A stretch of DNA of 64,000 nt from an uncultured delta proteobacterium (GTDB lineage Bacteria > Myxococcota_A > UBA9160 > UBA6930), in NCBI GenBank assembly GCA_963766175.1, contig CAVXZE010000021.1:64363-128362 (forward strand), read 5' to 3'. A model generated the notes under the pieces. The model worked only from the letters and a program-made list of their open reading frames with translations. It was not told the DNA's origin and did no database searches. How positions within the stretch are numbered: position 1 is the stretch's first letter; every line of letters begins with the position of its first letter. A program made the position numbers and the translations under genes. Shown here one piece after another: positions 10,071-17,971 of this stretch.

Positions 10071-11276
10071 TCACGCGAGATGCTTCTTGCGTTCCAGGAT
10101 GAGGCGGGCGTAAGCGCGAGAAACCAGCTCGCACAGGGCGCCCAGCGCCACCACCGAGGTCTCGGCGAGCGACTCGGAGCCGGCATCCGCGTAGAGGAGG
10201 TTCACCAGGTGGTGCCGGACGCGGATCGGGTGAACGAGCACCTCCCGCACACCCTCCCGGCCCAGAGCGCGCAGGATCCTCTGATCCGTCGCCGCATCGG
10301 GTCGGGCGCGACAGGTCTCGCCCAAGGCGGCCGCCCGGGTCAGCGCGCTCTCCAGATCCACGGGCACCATGATTCCGTCGATGACCTCGGGAACCGCTTC
10401 GCCGTCGCCGCGAAACCCGGAGACGATGCGGCCGCGCACCACGAACAGCGCTGCCGCGTCCACGTGGATGCGGGCCAGGCGAAGCGCCAGCCGCGCTACC
10501 GCGTCGCGGTCAGGTGCACGCAGGAGCTCGGCCTCGAGCGCCGCAGCGTCGGCCCGCGCCCCAGGAGCCGCCGGAGCCTCACCTGGGTCTGCGTGCGTCT
10601 CTTCTGCTGAAGCGGCGGCAGGGACCGGCGGCGTTGGCTCGGCATTCTCTACGGGCTCGGAGTTCTCCTCGGGCCCGGCGCCCTGCCCCAGGGACGCGAG
10701 CTGCCAGTCGGAGTGGAGCAGTGCAAAGGTCTCCTCGTCGATCAGCTCCTCTACCTCCGGCTCCACCGCTGCGGGTCCAGTCTCCGGGTGCGACCTCGGA
10801 TCCTTGCTGGCTTCCTCTGCGATACGCAGCTCCCCTGGGATTCCGTAGTAGTGCTCGAGAAGGGCAGATAAGCGCACCTCGGCAACTGCGTAGGGCCGGA
10901 TCCCGAGGCCGGTGGCTCTCCCCAGCTCGTCGCGCTCGGAGGCGGAGCAGGGATCGCGCATCGCCACGTGGAGCAGTCTGCCCTCGAGGCGCAGGGGCAG
11001 CACGCGGAGCTTCTCCACGAGCTCCCGAGAGACGGCAGCGAGGGCGTCCCGGGCAGGCGCCTCGATCCACGCGCAAGGCACCTCCGGCACGCCGAGAAAC
11101 GCAGCGAGGTGGCGCCCGAGTTCGTCGATGTCCACGGCCCCGAGCTCCACCAGGCTGGTCCCGAGCCGGCCCCCGTACACGGCGGTGTTCCGGGTGGCGC
11201 GCTCGAGCATCTCGCGCGAGCAGACACCCCTGTACAGGAGATAGGTTCCGAAACTCTTCGCGCGCCTCTTCCGCAT
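10071..11276 (-). CDS. T2SSE_N (GspE/MshE N-terminal-like) domain protein with GAF-like C-terminal domain
   Basis: 401-aa ORF. The N-terminus (LGTYLLYRGVCSREMLERA...LGTSLVELGAVDIDEL...LRVLPLRLEGRLLHVAMRDP) matches the GspE-N fold pattern. An acidic/Pro linker is followed by a globular C-terminal domain. Confidence 0.6.
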   Translation of the reverse strand: MRKRRAKSFGTYLLYRGVCSREMLERATRNTAVYGGRLGTSLVELGAVDIDELGRHLAAFLGVPEVPCAWIEAPARDALAAVSRELVEKLRVLPLRLEGRLLHVAMRDPCSASERDELGRATGLGIRPYAVAEVRLSALLEHYYGIPGELRIAEEASKDPRSHPETGPAAVEPEVEELIDEETFALLHSDWQLASLGQGAGPEENSEPVENAEPTPPVPAAASAEETHADPGEAPAAPGARADAAALEAELLRAPDRDAVARLALRLARIHVDAAALFVVRGRIVSGFRGDGEAVPEVIDGIMVPVDLESALTRAAALGETCRARPDAATDQRILRALGREGVREVLVHPIRVRHHLVNLLYADAGSESLAETSVVALGALCELVSRAYARLILERKKHLA

Positions 11277-11710
11277 GGGCCCGGGTCTACATCGGCACCG
11301 AGCCGGCGCTGCCTTAGCCCCTCCGCCGTCGGGTTTCAGGAGATTTCAAAGCGGTGGCCTTCCAGCGCCAACGTCGCTGGATTCATTGAGCTTTTCTGTG
11401 ATCCGCCGCAATCGCCGAGCCTGCTTCCGGAGCCGAAGATCCCTCGTTCCACGATTCGAAGCCGATGGCGCGGGCTCTCGATTGCGTTATAAAGGGTCAA
11501 GAGAGGTCTTTCGATTGGCCTCAGCTTCCGGCCTGACTCGCCTGTTCTGATCCCCTTTCGATCCTGCCTTTCGCGTCCCCTTCCGTGGTCGAACGATCGG
11601 TACTCGGGGGCGGAGCCCATTGCAGTGGATCTCCTGCATCCGGAATGACCGGGCGGGGATCCGGCGCAGGTCGCGCCTCTCTGAAGCCGAGGCGCGGCGA
11701 GGATGACGAG

Positions 11711-11995
11711 TTGAGCAAGAAGATCTACATCGGGAACCTGCCCTTTTCTTCCACGGAGGATGAGCTGCGTGCCGTTTTCGAGCGCCACGGAAACGTTGCG
11801 TCGGTGAGCGTCGTCACGGATCGAGACACCGGCCGCTCGCGCGGCTTCGCGTTCGTCGAGATGGACGACGCGAGCGCAGCCGACGATGCGATTCGCGCAC
11901 TCGATGGGAGCGAACTCGGGGGCCGCAACCTTCGCGTGAACGAGGCTCAGGACCGCCGCTCGGGCGGGGGCGGCGGCGGCCGCGATCGCTACTAG
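11711..11995 (+). CDS. RRM-type RNA-binding protein with Gly/Arg tail
   Basis: RNP-2 (KIYIGNL) and RNP-1 (RGFAFVEM) motifs are present, and the tail is RRSGGGGGGRDRY. An in-frame TTG at 11711 sits 7 nt after GAGGA. The upstream part of ORF 11585.. looks non-coding. Confidence 0.85.
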   Translation: MSKKIYIGNLPFSSTEDELRAVFERHGNVASVSVVTDRDTGRSRGFAFVEMDDASAADDAIRALDGSELGGRNLRVNEAQDRRSGGGGGGRDRY

Positions 11996-12088
11996 CCGGC
12001 CTGTAGCGATACCTGACCCCCCGGACCTTCACGCGTGTGGCAGGTCTGCACCCAGGCCAGCGAGTAGGGAGTTGATTCCAGGCGAACC

Positions 12089-12523
12089 ATGCCGAACGTC
12101 CGCATCTTCATGAGCTTTGATCGGGAGAACGACGAAGATCTGCACGATCTGCTTCTCGAGCAATCGCGCAGACAATCCTCCGGATTCGAAATCTCGGCTC
12201 GATCCGAGGCCGCGACGATGACGGATCGCTGGGACGACAAGGTTCGCCGCCAGATCTCCGAGGTGGACGAGGTCATCGTGATCTGCGGGGAGCACACGGC
12301 GTCATCGGTACGCATGAATGCCGAGCTACGGATCGCCCAGGAGGAGCAGAAACCCTACTTCCTCCTCTGGGGTCGGCGGGAGAGGATGTGCACGAAGCCA
12401 GCCGGATCCAAGCGCGACGACAGCATGTACAGTTGGACATGGGAGATCCTGCAGGATCAGATCGTCTCGACGCTCCGGAACGCCCGACCCCGCGAGGTGG
12501 CGGAGCGCTACAAACGGGCCTGA
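12089..12523 (+). CDS. TIR-like domain protein (DUF1863 / ThsB-like)
   Basis: 144 aa. The sequence is RIFMSFDRENDEDLHDLLLEQSR...FEISARSE...WDDKVRRQISEVDEVIVICGEHTASSVRMNAELRIAQEEQKPYFLLWGRRERMCTKP...YSWTW. This matches my memory of the MTH538/DUF1863 TIR-like family. By eye it is lower in GC than its neighbours. Confidence 0.65.
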   Translation: MPNVRIFMSFDRENDEDLHDLLLEQSRRQSSGFEISARSEAATMTDRWDDKVRRQISEVDEVIVICGEHTASSVRMNAELRIAQEEQKPYFLLWGRRERMCTKPAGSKRDDSMYSWTWEILQDQIVSTLRNARPREVAERYKRA

Positions 12524-12550
12524 TGCTCCTCGGAACGGCGTAGCGCGTCG

Positions 12551-13552
12551 CTACCCGAGCAGCCCCAGCGCCCTCTCCGTCAGGGTCGACATCGACAGCT
12601 TGGTGGTCTCCCACAGCGGGTCCCGTCGCTTGCCGCGGCGGTGCAGAGAGAGATTGAGGCCCGTGATGATCGCGAACTTGTAGGCGGCCAGAGCGCGGTA
12701 CCAGCGGAGATCCGGAAGGGGCGCCCCCCAGGCCTCTTCGTACATCTCCACCATCTCCTCCGCGATCGGCATCACGTCGGAGACGAGGTAGCCCTCCGAC
12801 CAGGCGGGCGGATCGCTGAAGGTGGCGATCCACCCGACATCGTTCAGCGTCGACCCGATTCCCGTCAACTCCCAGTCGACCACCGCCAGGAGCGTCCCGT
12901 CGAAGGAGCAGAAGAGGTTCGACCACTGGAAGTCCCCGTGGAAGACGCCGATGGGAGCGTTTTCCGGATGTGAGCTGAGCAGCCGCTCGCGGAGCCTCGG
13001 CACCAGGGCGAGCCGCTCGGGATCAGCTGCCCGCTCGTAGAAGCGGTCCCAGCGAATCACGTCCTCGGCGAAGGGAACCGGGTCGCCGAGGTACGCTACC
13101 TGTGCCGGATCGACTCGATGGATCCCGGCCAGGGCCGTCATGGCCTGCCGCGCCAGGTCGCGACGCGCTTCGGGGGAGAGCTCGGCCGCCCATTCGCCGG
13201 GCCCCATGCGCACCACGTCGCCCTCGAGCGCCGGAACCACAAAGTAGGGGCATCCGAACCACTCGAGGTCGTCACCGGACCACCGAACCGAGCAATGGGG
13301 CACGTCGGTTCCGTCCAGGGCCTGCAATACCGCCACCTGGCGCAGAACATCCGCCGTTCCGCGCCACTTTACCTTGGGTGGTGGCATCCGCAGAAACCAG
13401 CGCTCCTCCCGCCCGCCACTGCGGACGGTGAAGCCGTAGGAGAAGCCCGCGTGTCCGGGCATCTTGTGCACGCCGGAGACAGCGGCCTGCTGATCCGCGT
13501 ACTTCGCCCTCGCGAAACCCAGAAGCCGCTGTTCGAGCTCGCCAAGTTCCAT
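12551..13552 (-). CDS. Phosphotransferase (APH/choline-kinase-like) family protein
   Basis: 333 aa. The catalytic loop is VFHGDFQWSNLF and the DWE motif is LLAVVDWELTGIGSTLNDVGW. Confidence 0.85.
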   Translation of the reverse strand: MELGELEQRLLGFARAKYADQQAAVSGVHKMPGHAGFSYGFTVRSGGREERWFLRMPPPKVKWRGTADVLRQVAVLQALDGTDVPHCSVRWSGDDLEWFGCPYFVVPALEGDVVRMGPGEWAAELSPEARRDLARQAMTALAGIHRVDPAQVAYLGDPVPFAEDVIRWDRFYERAADPERLALVPRLRERLLSSHPENAPIGVFHGDFQWSNLFCSFDGTLLAVVDWELTGIGSTLNDVGWIATFSDPPAWSEGYLVSDVMPIAEEMVEMYEEAWGAPLPDLRWYRALAAYKFAIITGLNLSLHRRGKRRDPLWETTKLSMSTLTERALGLLG

Positions 13553-13584
13553 ACACGTGACCCGTCTGCGTGAGTTGGCCCTCG

Positions 13585-14682
13585 TCAGTCTCTCGTGAAA
13601 GGCCCCCGGCCGTGGCGTTCGACGGCGTCGCGAACTGCGAAGATGTTCCGGAGGGAGACTCGCCAGGGCATGCAGCAGACCGGAGTCACGATGAAGCGGC
13701 CGTAGGGGGCGAGCTTCACGATGTTCTCACGAACCCGGGCCTCGACAGCCGCGGGCGTGCCGTTCTCGAGCTCGCCGTTGACGAAGACGGATGCGCCCAT
13801 GATCACGATATCGGGGAACTTCTCGCGGAAGCGGACCCACTCGTCGAGATCGAGCGGGTGGCTCCCGTTGACGGCGATGACCTGGACGCCCTCGCTCTGG
13901 TGCTTCTCGATCAGCTCGACCCAGTAGGGATCGAAGCCACAGTTGTGGATGGCTAGGGGAAGGCGCGTCTCCCGGCAGAACCTGTTGATGAACTGCCCCT
14001 CGAACTTCCAGGCGTCCTCGAAGCGCAGCATGGTGCGGTTGAAGGCGTACTGGCAGTTGAACGCGAAGGTCGGCTTGCCGACGACTCCGCAGTAGGCCTG
14101 GTAGTAGTCCCACTGCGAGGCGTAGATCTTCTCGCACAGGGCGAGCAGCAGCTCCGGGTTCTCGATCACGTCCATGTAGGCCCGGCTCCCGCGCAGCATC
14201 TGGATGCTCGACCAGGTGAGGCTGGGCGAGAAGCCCCCGCCCATGCCCGTGGTCTCCTGCACGATCGCCATCGCTTCGAGGATCGTGGGCCAGGGCTCGA
14301 GCTTCGAGTGGTCCGGGATCTCGAGCCGCTCGATGTCCTCCTCCGTCGAGCACAGCTCGCCTTCGCGGATGAACGGCGTGGTGTAGTCCTTCCAGACGAA
14401 CAGATCCTCGCGGCCGTTCGCCTTGGCGAAGGCCAGCCCCTCGTAGGGACCGCAGTAGGGCGTGACGACCACCGAGACGTTGTCACCGCCCAGGACCTCG
14501 CAGACGCCGATGCTGACCTCGGCCAGCTTCTTCGAGCTGGTGAGCATCTCGCGTATGGTCAGCCCGGAGATGCGCGCGGCGATGTCCTCGGAGGCGATGA
14601 AGCTAACGGGCACCCGATCCGGCGTCTGCCCCAGCAAGGTGGCCGCCACTCGTTCTGCCGATGCCTTCCAGTCGTGCTTCAT
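13585..14682 (-). CDS. URO-D family, MtaA/MtbA-type corrinoid methyltransferase
   Basis: 365 aa. A H-x-C-G motif (AIHNCG) plus a downstream CC (TPVCCMPW) resembles the MT2 zinc site. The start ATG overlaps the corrinoid-protein stop (ATGA at 14679-14682). Confidence 0.8.
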   Translation of the reverse strand: MKHDWKASAERVAATLLGQTPDRVPVSFIASEDIAARISGLTIREMLTSSKKLAEVSIGVCEVLGGDNVSVVVTPYCGPYEGLAFAKANGREDLFVWKDYTTPFIREGELCSTEEDIERLEIPDHSKLEPWPTILEAMAIVQETTGMGGGFSPSLTWSSIQMLRGSRAYMDVIENPELLLALCEKIYASQWDYYQAYCGVVGKPTFAFNCQYAFNRTMLRFEDAWKFEGQFINRFCRETRLPLAIHNCGFDPYWVELIEKHQSEGVQVIAVNGSHPLDLDEWVRFREKFPDIVIMGASVFVNGELENGTPAAVEARVRENIVKLAPYGRFIVTPVCCMPWRVSLRNIFAVRDAVERHGRGPFTRD

Positions 14683-15329
14683 GTCTGCAGCTCTCCCTGT
14701 ACCAGCCGGCGAACACGACGCAGCGCCTCCCAGGCGTTACGGCCGTAGTCGTCGGCCCCGATGGCCTCCGCGGTATCCGGAGTCACCGCCGCTCCTCCCA
14801 CGATGACCTTTGCCGGAATTCCACTCTGCTTCAGGAGGGCAACGGTCTCGGCCATCTTCGAGACCGCGAGAGAGATCAGAGCCGAGAGCCCCACCACGTC
14901 GGCACCGACCTCCCGCGCCTTGTCCACGAACTCCTGCGGTGGCACGTCCCCGCCGAGGTCGTGCACTTCGAAGCCGTCGCCCTCGAGGACGATGCTTACG
15001 ATGTTCTTGCCGATGTCGTGATTGTCGCCCTGCACGGTACCCAGCACGACCTTGCCCGGCGGACCCACGCCCTGGCCAACCATGTGGGGACGCAGGAGGT
15101 CGAGGGCAGCCAGCGTGGCCCGGGCGCTCAACATGAGCTCGGGCACGAACAGCTCCCCCTCCTCGTAGCCCTGACCCACGAGCTCCATGCCCGGGGCCAG
15201 CCCCTTCGAAATGATGTCCTGCGGCGAGAGCCCCGCGGCAAGGGCCTCGCGCGTGGTTCCCACAACGCCCGCTTGATCCAGCTTCAGAACCAGCTGCTGC
15301 AGGCGATCCAGAAGTTCTCCGTTCGCCAT
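14679..15329 (-). CDS. Corrinoid (cobalamin-binding) methyl-carrier protein, MtaC/MtbC/MttC-like
   Basis: 216 aa. An N-terminal helical cap is followed by a B12-binding Rossmann domain with the DxHxxG motif (GDNHDIGKN) and SALISL...GGAAV. Confidence 0.9.
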   Translation of the reverse strand: MANGELLDRLQQLVLKLDQAGVVGTTREALAAGLSPQDIISKGLAPGMELVGQGYEEGELFVPELMLSARATLAALDLLRPHMVGQGVGPPGKVVLGTVQGDNHDIGKNIVSIVLEGDGFEVHDLGGDVPPQEFVDKAREVGADVVGLSALISLAVSKMAETVALLKQSGIPAKVIVGGAAVTPDTAEAIGADDYGRNAWEALRRVRRLVQGELQT

Positions 15330-15643
15330 CGTCTTCGTATCCTCTCGCCGTATCGCTCGCAGACGCGATCCGTGCCCGCGGCGTCTGGCAAGGATACCCC
15401 CAAACGGCCCAAGCCCACAGCCAGCCGGAATCCCGGCTCTCTCGGCGCTCGGCCGCTATTTGCTGGTGGACGAGCCCGGGTGGCACACGATCGAGAACGG
15501 TGTCGCCCTGGCCCCCCTGTTCGGCGGCAGTGGTGATCGAGTAGATCGTGCTCGCGCCGGTCGTATCGGGCACCGCACAGCATCAGCGCCACGACAAGCA
15601 GGGCGGCGGCGGACAGGCGCACCCTCGAAAGCGTAGGTTAGCT

Positions 15644-17239
15644 CTAGCCCCCGGAGGTCAGCTTCTGGCTTGCGAGCCGCTCGAGCGGGAAGGGATCGTC
15701 GCCCTGCAGCTCGGCTTTTTCCGGGAAGTAACGCCGCGCATCGGCGAGAAGGACGCCGGTCTCAGGGGGCAGGCCGGTCTCGATCAGCTTGCGTGCGACG
15801 CGGATGTACTCGTCCTGCACCATCTGCAGGTGCCTGGCAGCGTTCCTCTCGCCCTGCGGCACTTCCTTCAGGTCGAAGTACTCGGCCACGCTCTGCGGGG
15901 GCTTCAGAATCAGGACCGGATTCTTCTGGTCATCCTCCTCCAGGCGGCCGCGCACCGTTGCCTGGAAGAGCATCGGTGACAGGTCTTCGTGGGTGATGTT
16001 CCAAAGACGCTCGTAGGGCTTGTGGGTGAAACAGTCGACCTCATCGTCCTCGGTGACCGAGATGGCGAAGATACTGCCGGGGTACTGGGCTTGGGAGGCC
16101 CGGCAGTCCTCGAGGATCAGCTTCCCGTGGGACACGCTCTTGCTGCTTCCCCGGGCGTCTTCGGCCCCTGCTGCGGGAGCGGTGCCAGAGGAAACCGGAG
16201 CGGTGGCAGGGCTGACCGCCGGCTCTTCCCGAGGCTGCTCAGCGTGGGGGTGCACGCCGTACTCCTCGTGGCTCGAAGACCCTCGTCGAGTCACCTGCTT
16301 GCCGAGCAGGTAGGGGAAACGGATCGTGATCGTGGTGCCCTTGCCTAGCTCGGAGTCGATGGAGAGCTCTCCCTGGAACTCCTCGACCGTCTGCCTGACG
16401 AAGACGAACCCAAGCGAGTGGAGCTCTCCGTCCAGCGACTCTTTGTCGGTCAGTAGCTGCTGCTGCTTCTCCGGCGTCATGCCCGAGCCGTCGTCGCTCA
16501 CCCGCATGAAGACCGAATCCCCGTCGACGCAGGCGGTCGTGCGGAGGACGCCGACCTTCTGCTGGCTCATGGCGTCGACCGCGTTCATGATCAGGTTGAA
16601 GTACATGCGGCGGAAGCGCGGCAGGTTCCCGGACAACACGGCGGAATCCAGCTGGCCGAGCTGGAGGTCCACGCGCGCGGCGCTCTTCTCCACGACGTAG
16701 CCGCGGAGAGTGTTGCGGGTGAGGTGATCGATCTCGGCCGCGATGTCGAACTCCTCGCGCACCTGCCCGGTTGCCTGCTCGTCGAGGAAATGCTGGATCC
16801 GGCGCTGCACCCCACCGATCCAGTTGACGCAGTTCCTGTAGAGCAGGCGCGAGCCGACCGAGCGCGAGTCCTGAGGCAGGAAGTCCATGACCTTGTCGAT
16901 CCGGCCCCAGAGTGGATTCAGGATCAGCTCACAGATGGAGCAGATGGTGTCGATGTACTTCCGGCCGGTCAGCAGGATGGTCCGGTCCGGCGAGAAGTTC
17001 CTCACGGCGTTGGAGTAGTTCTGGAAGGCCTTCCGCAGCTTGACGGCCTGTTCCTTCAGCACCTGCAGGTCTTCCCCGTGCAGGACCTGCGCCTGGTCGA
17101 TGCTGTAGATCTCCAGATCCGTGTTGAGCGTCACGTGGAAGTGAATCACTTCGTTGATGAAGCGCTCCACGCGCAGGTCGTGGATGAGGAACTTGATCTC
17201 GGCGACTTCCTTCTTGATGCCTTCCTTGTAATCCGCCAT
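15644..17239 (-). CDS. Histidine-kinase-like ATPase (HATPase_c) protein with unknown N- and C-terminal domains
   Basis: 531 aa. It has an N box (FNLIMNAVDA), G1 (SDDGSGM) and a G2-like segment (GKGTTITIRFP). I see no clear HisKA H-box, no TM segments and no receiver partner. A Pro/Ala linker is followed by a ~190-aa C-terminal domain. Confidence 0.7.
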   Translation of the reverse strand: MADYKEGIKKEVAEIKFLIHDLRVERFINEVIHFHVTLNTDLEIYSIDQAQVLHGEDLQVLKEQAVKLRKAFQNYSNAVRNFSPDRTILLTGRKYIDTICSICELILNPLWGRIDKVMDFLPQDSRSVGSRLLYRNCVNWIGGVQRRIQHFLDEQATGQVREEFDIAAEIDHLTRNTLRGYVVEKSAARVDLQLGQLDSAVLSGNLPRFRRMYFNLIMNAVDAMSQQKVGVLRTTACVDGDSVFMRVSDDGSGMTPEKQQQLLTDKESLDGELHSLGFVFVRQTVEEFQGELSIDSELGKGTTITIRFPYLLGKQVTRRGSSSHEEYGVHPHAEQPREEPAVSPATAPVSSGTAPAAGAEDARGSSKSVSHGKLILEDCRASQAQYPGSIFAISVTEDDEVDCFTHKPYERLWNITHEDLSPMLFQATVRGRLEEDDQKNPVLILKPPQSVAEYFDLKEVPQGERNAARHLQMVQDEYIRVARKLIETGLPPETGVLLADARRYFPEKAELQGDDPFPLERLASQKLTSGG

Positions 17240-17971
17240 GACAGGTATCCTGGAGCCGGGTCTAGCTATTTCAGTAGGTTACGCGGCCTAGTTGCGAAGA
17301 ATTCTCGACGCTGGCTTGCCGCTGGGGGCAGGGGGGCTGGAGGGTACATGAGCGAAACGCCCGCCGCCTACCTGCCGCGGGTCAGGTGGACGGCGGCCAG
17401 CAACGTGGCGCTTTTTTTGGGGGGGGTCTGAGGCTCGAAACGGTCTGACCGGGCCCTGGGCGCAGCGGATCTGGATCACCCAACAACGGAGGCATCTACA
17501 CGTAGATCGAGCAGTTGTCACGGACTGGCCGGAACAGAGCCTGAGAATTGTCGGGCTTGGGATGCTCTGCGTTCGATTGGTGGGAGGTGCAGACATGAAG
17601 CGCCCGGCGGACCTGGTCCCACCGGGCGCCGTCGCTGTCTCTTCTGGCTTTGAGCCGCCTCGCGGATTGGACGGTTTTGCTCGGGCATTGACTTCTGCCG
17701 AGGCTAAGCTCCGCGATCGACCCTACAGGCGCAGCGACCTGCCTGCGTGGGCTTTAGCCTACCCCCCTCAAATGGGGGGGGTCAAGCAAATTCCCCTCCT
17801 CACATTGCCGTCATGACCGGCGCCGACGCCCGAGCTGGATCTGTGGAGAACCGTCCCCAAAGCCCGCCAACTCGCCATCCCTAGGCCTGGCGGTGGTCTT
17901 TGGCAGCTGATTCTGCTGTCCGCCCGGTAACGCCTACCGCTGGAATCGCCCCCGGGGCGGGGGCCCGGGTC

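Noticed and set aside
15284-15622. A 112-aa minus-strand ORF with a signal-peptide-like start (MRLSAAALLVVALMLCGA).
   Set aside because: After ~20 residues the translation becomes Arg-rich junk and runs into the corrinoid gene. A lipoprotein reading would need yet another frameshift, so it is unsupported.
15330-15643. A possible cobalamin riboswitch upstream of the corrinoid-protein gene. On the minus strand it contains CACCACTGCC and GCCAGGGCGACACC, which are reminiscent of the B12-box region.
   Set aside because: The obligatory GGGAA / GGTGAAA-type core elements are not present and the B12-box match is poor. A cmscan run with RF00174 would settle it.
17901-17916. A sigma-54-like -24/-12 element, TGGCAGCTGATTCTGC, about 55 nt upstream of the TPR-regulator ATG.
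   Set aside because: The GG-to-GC spacing is one nt longer than the consensus TGGCAC-N5-TTGC, and the -24 box has G instead of C. There is no enhancer-binding protein nearby.
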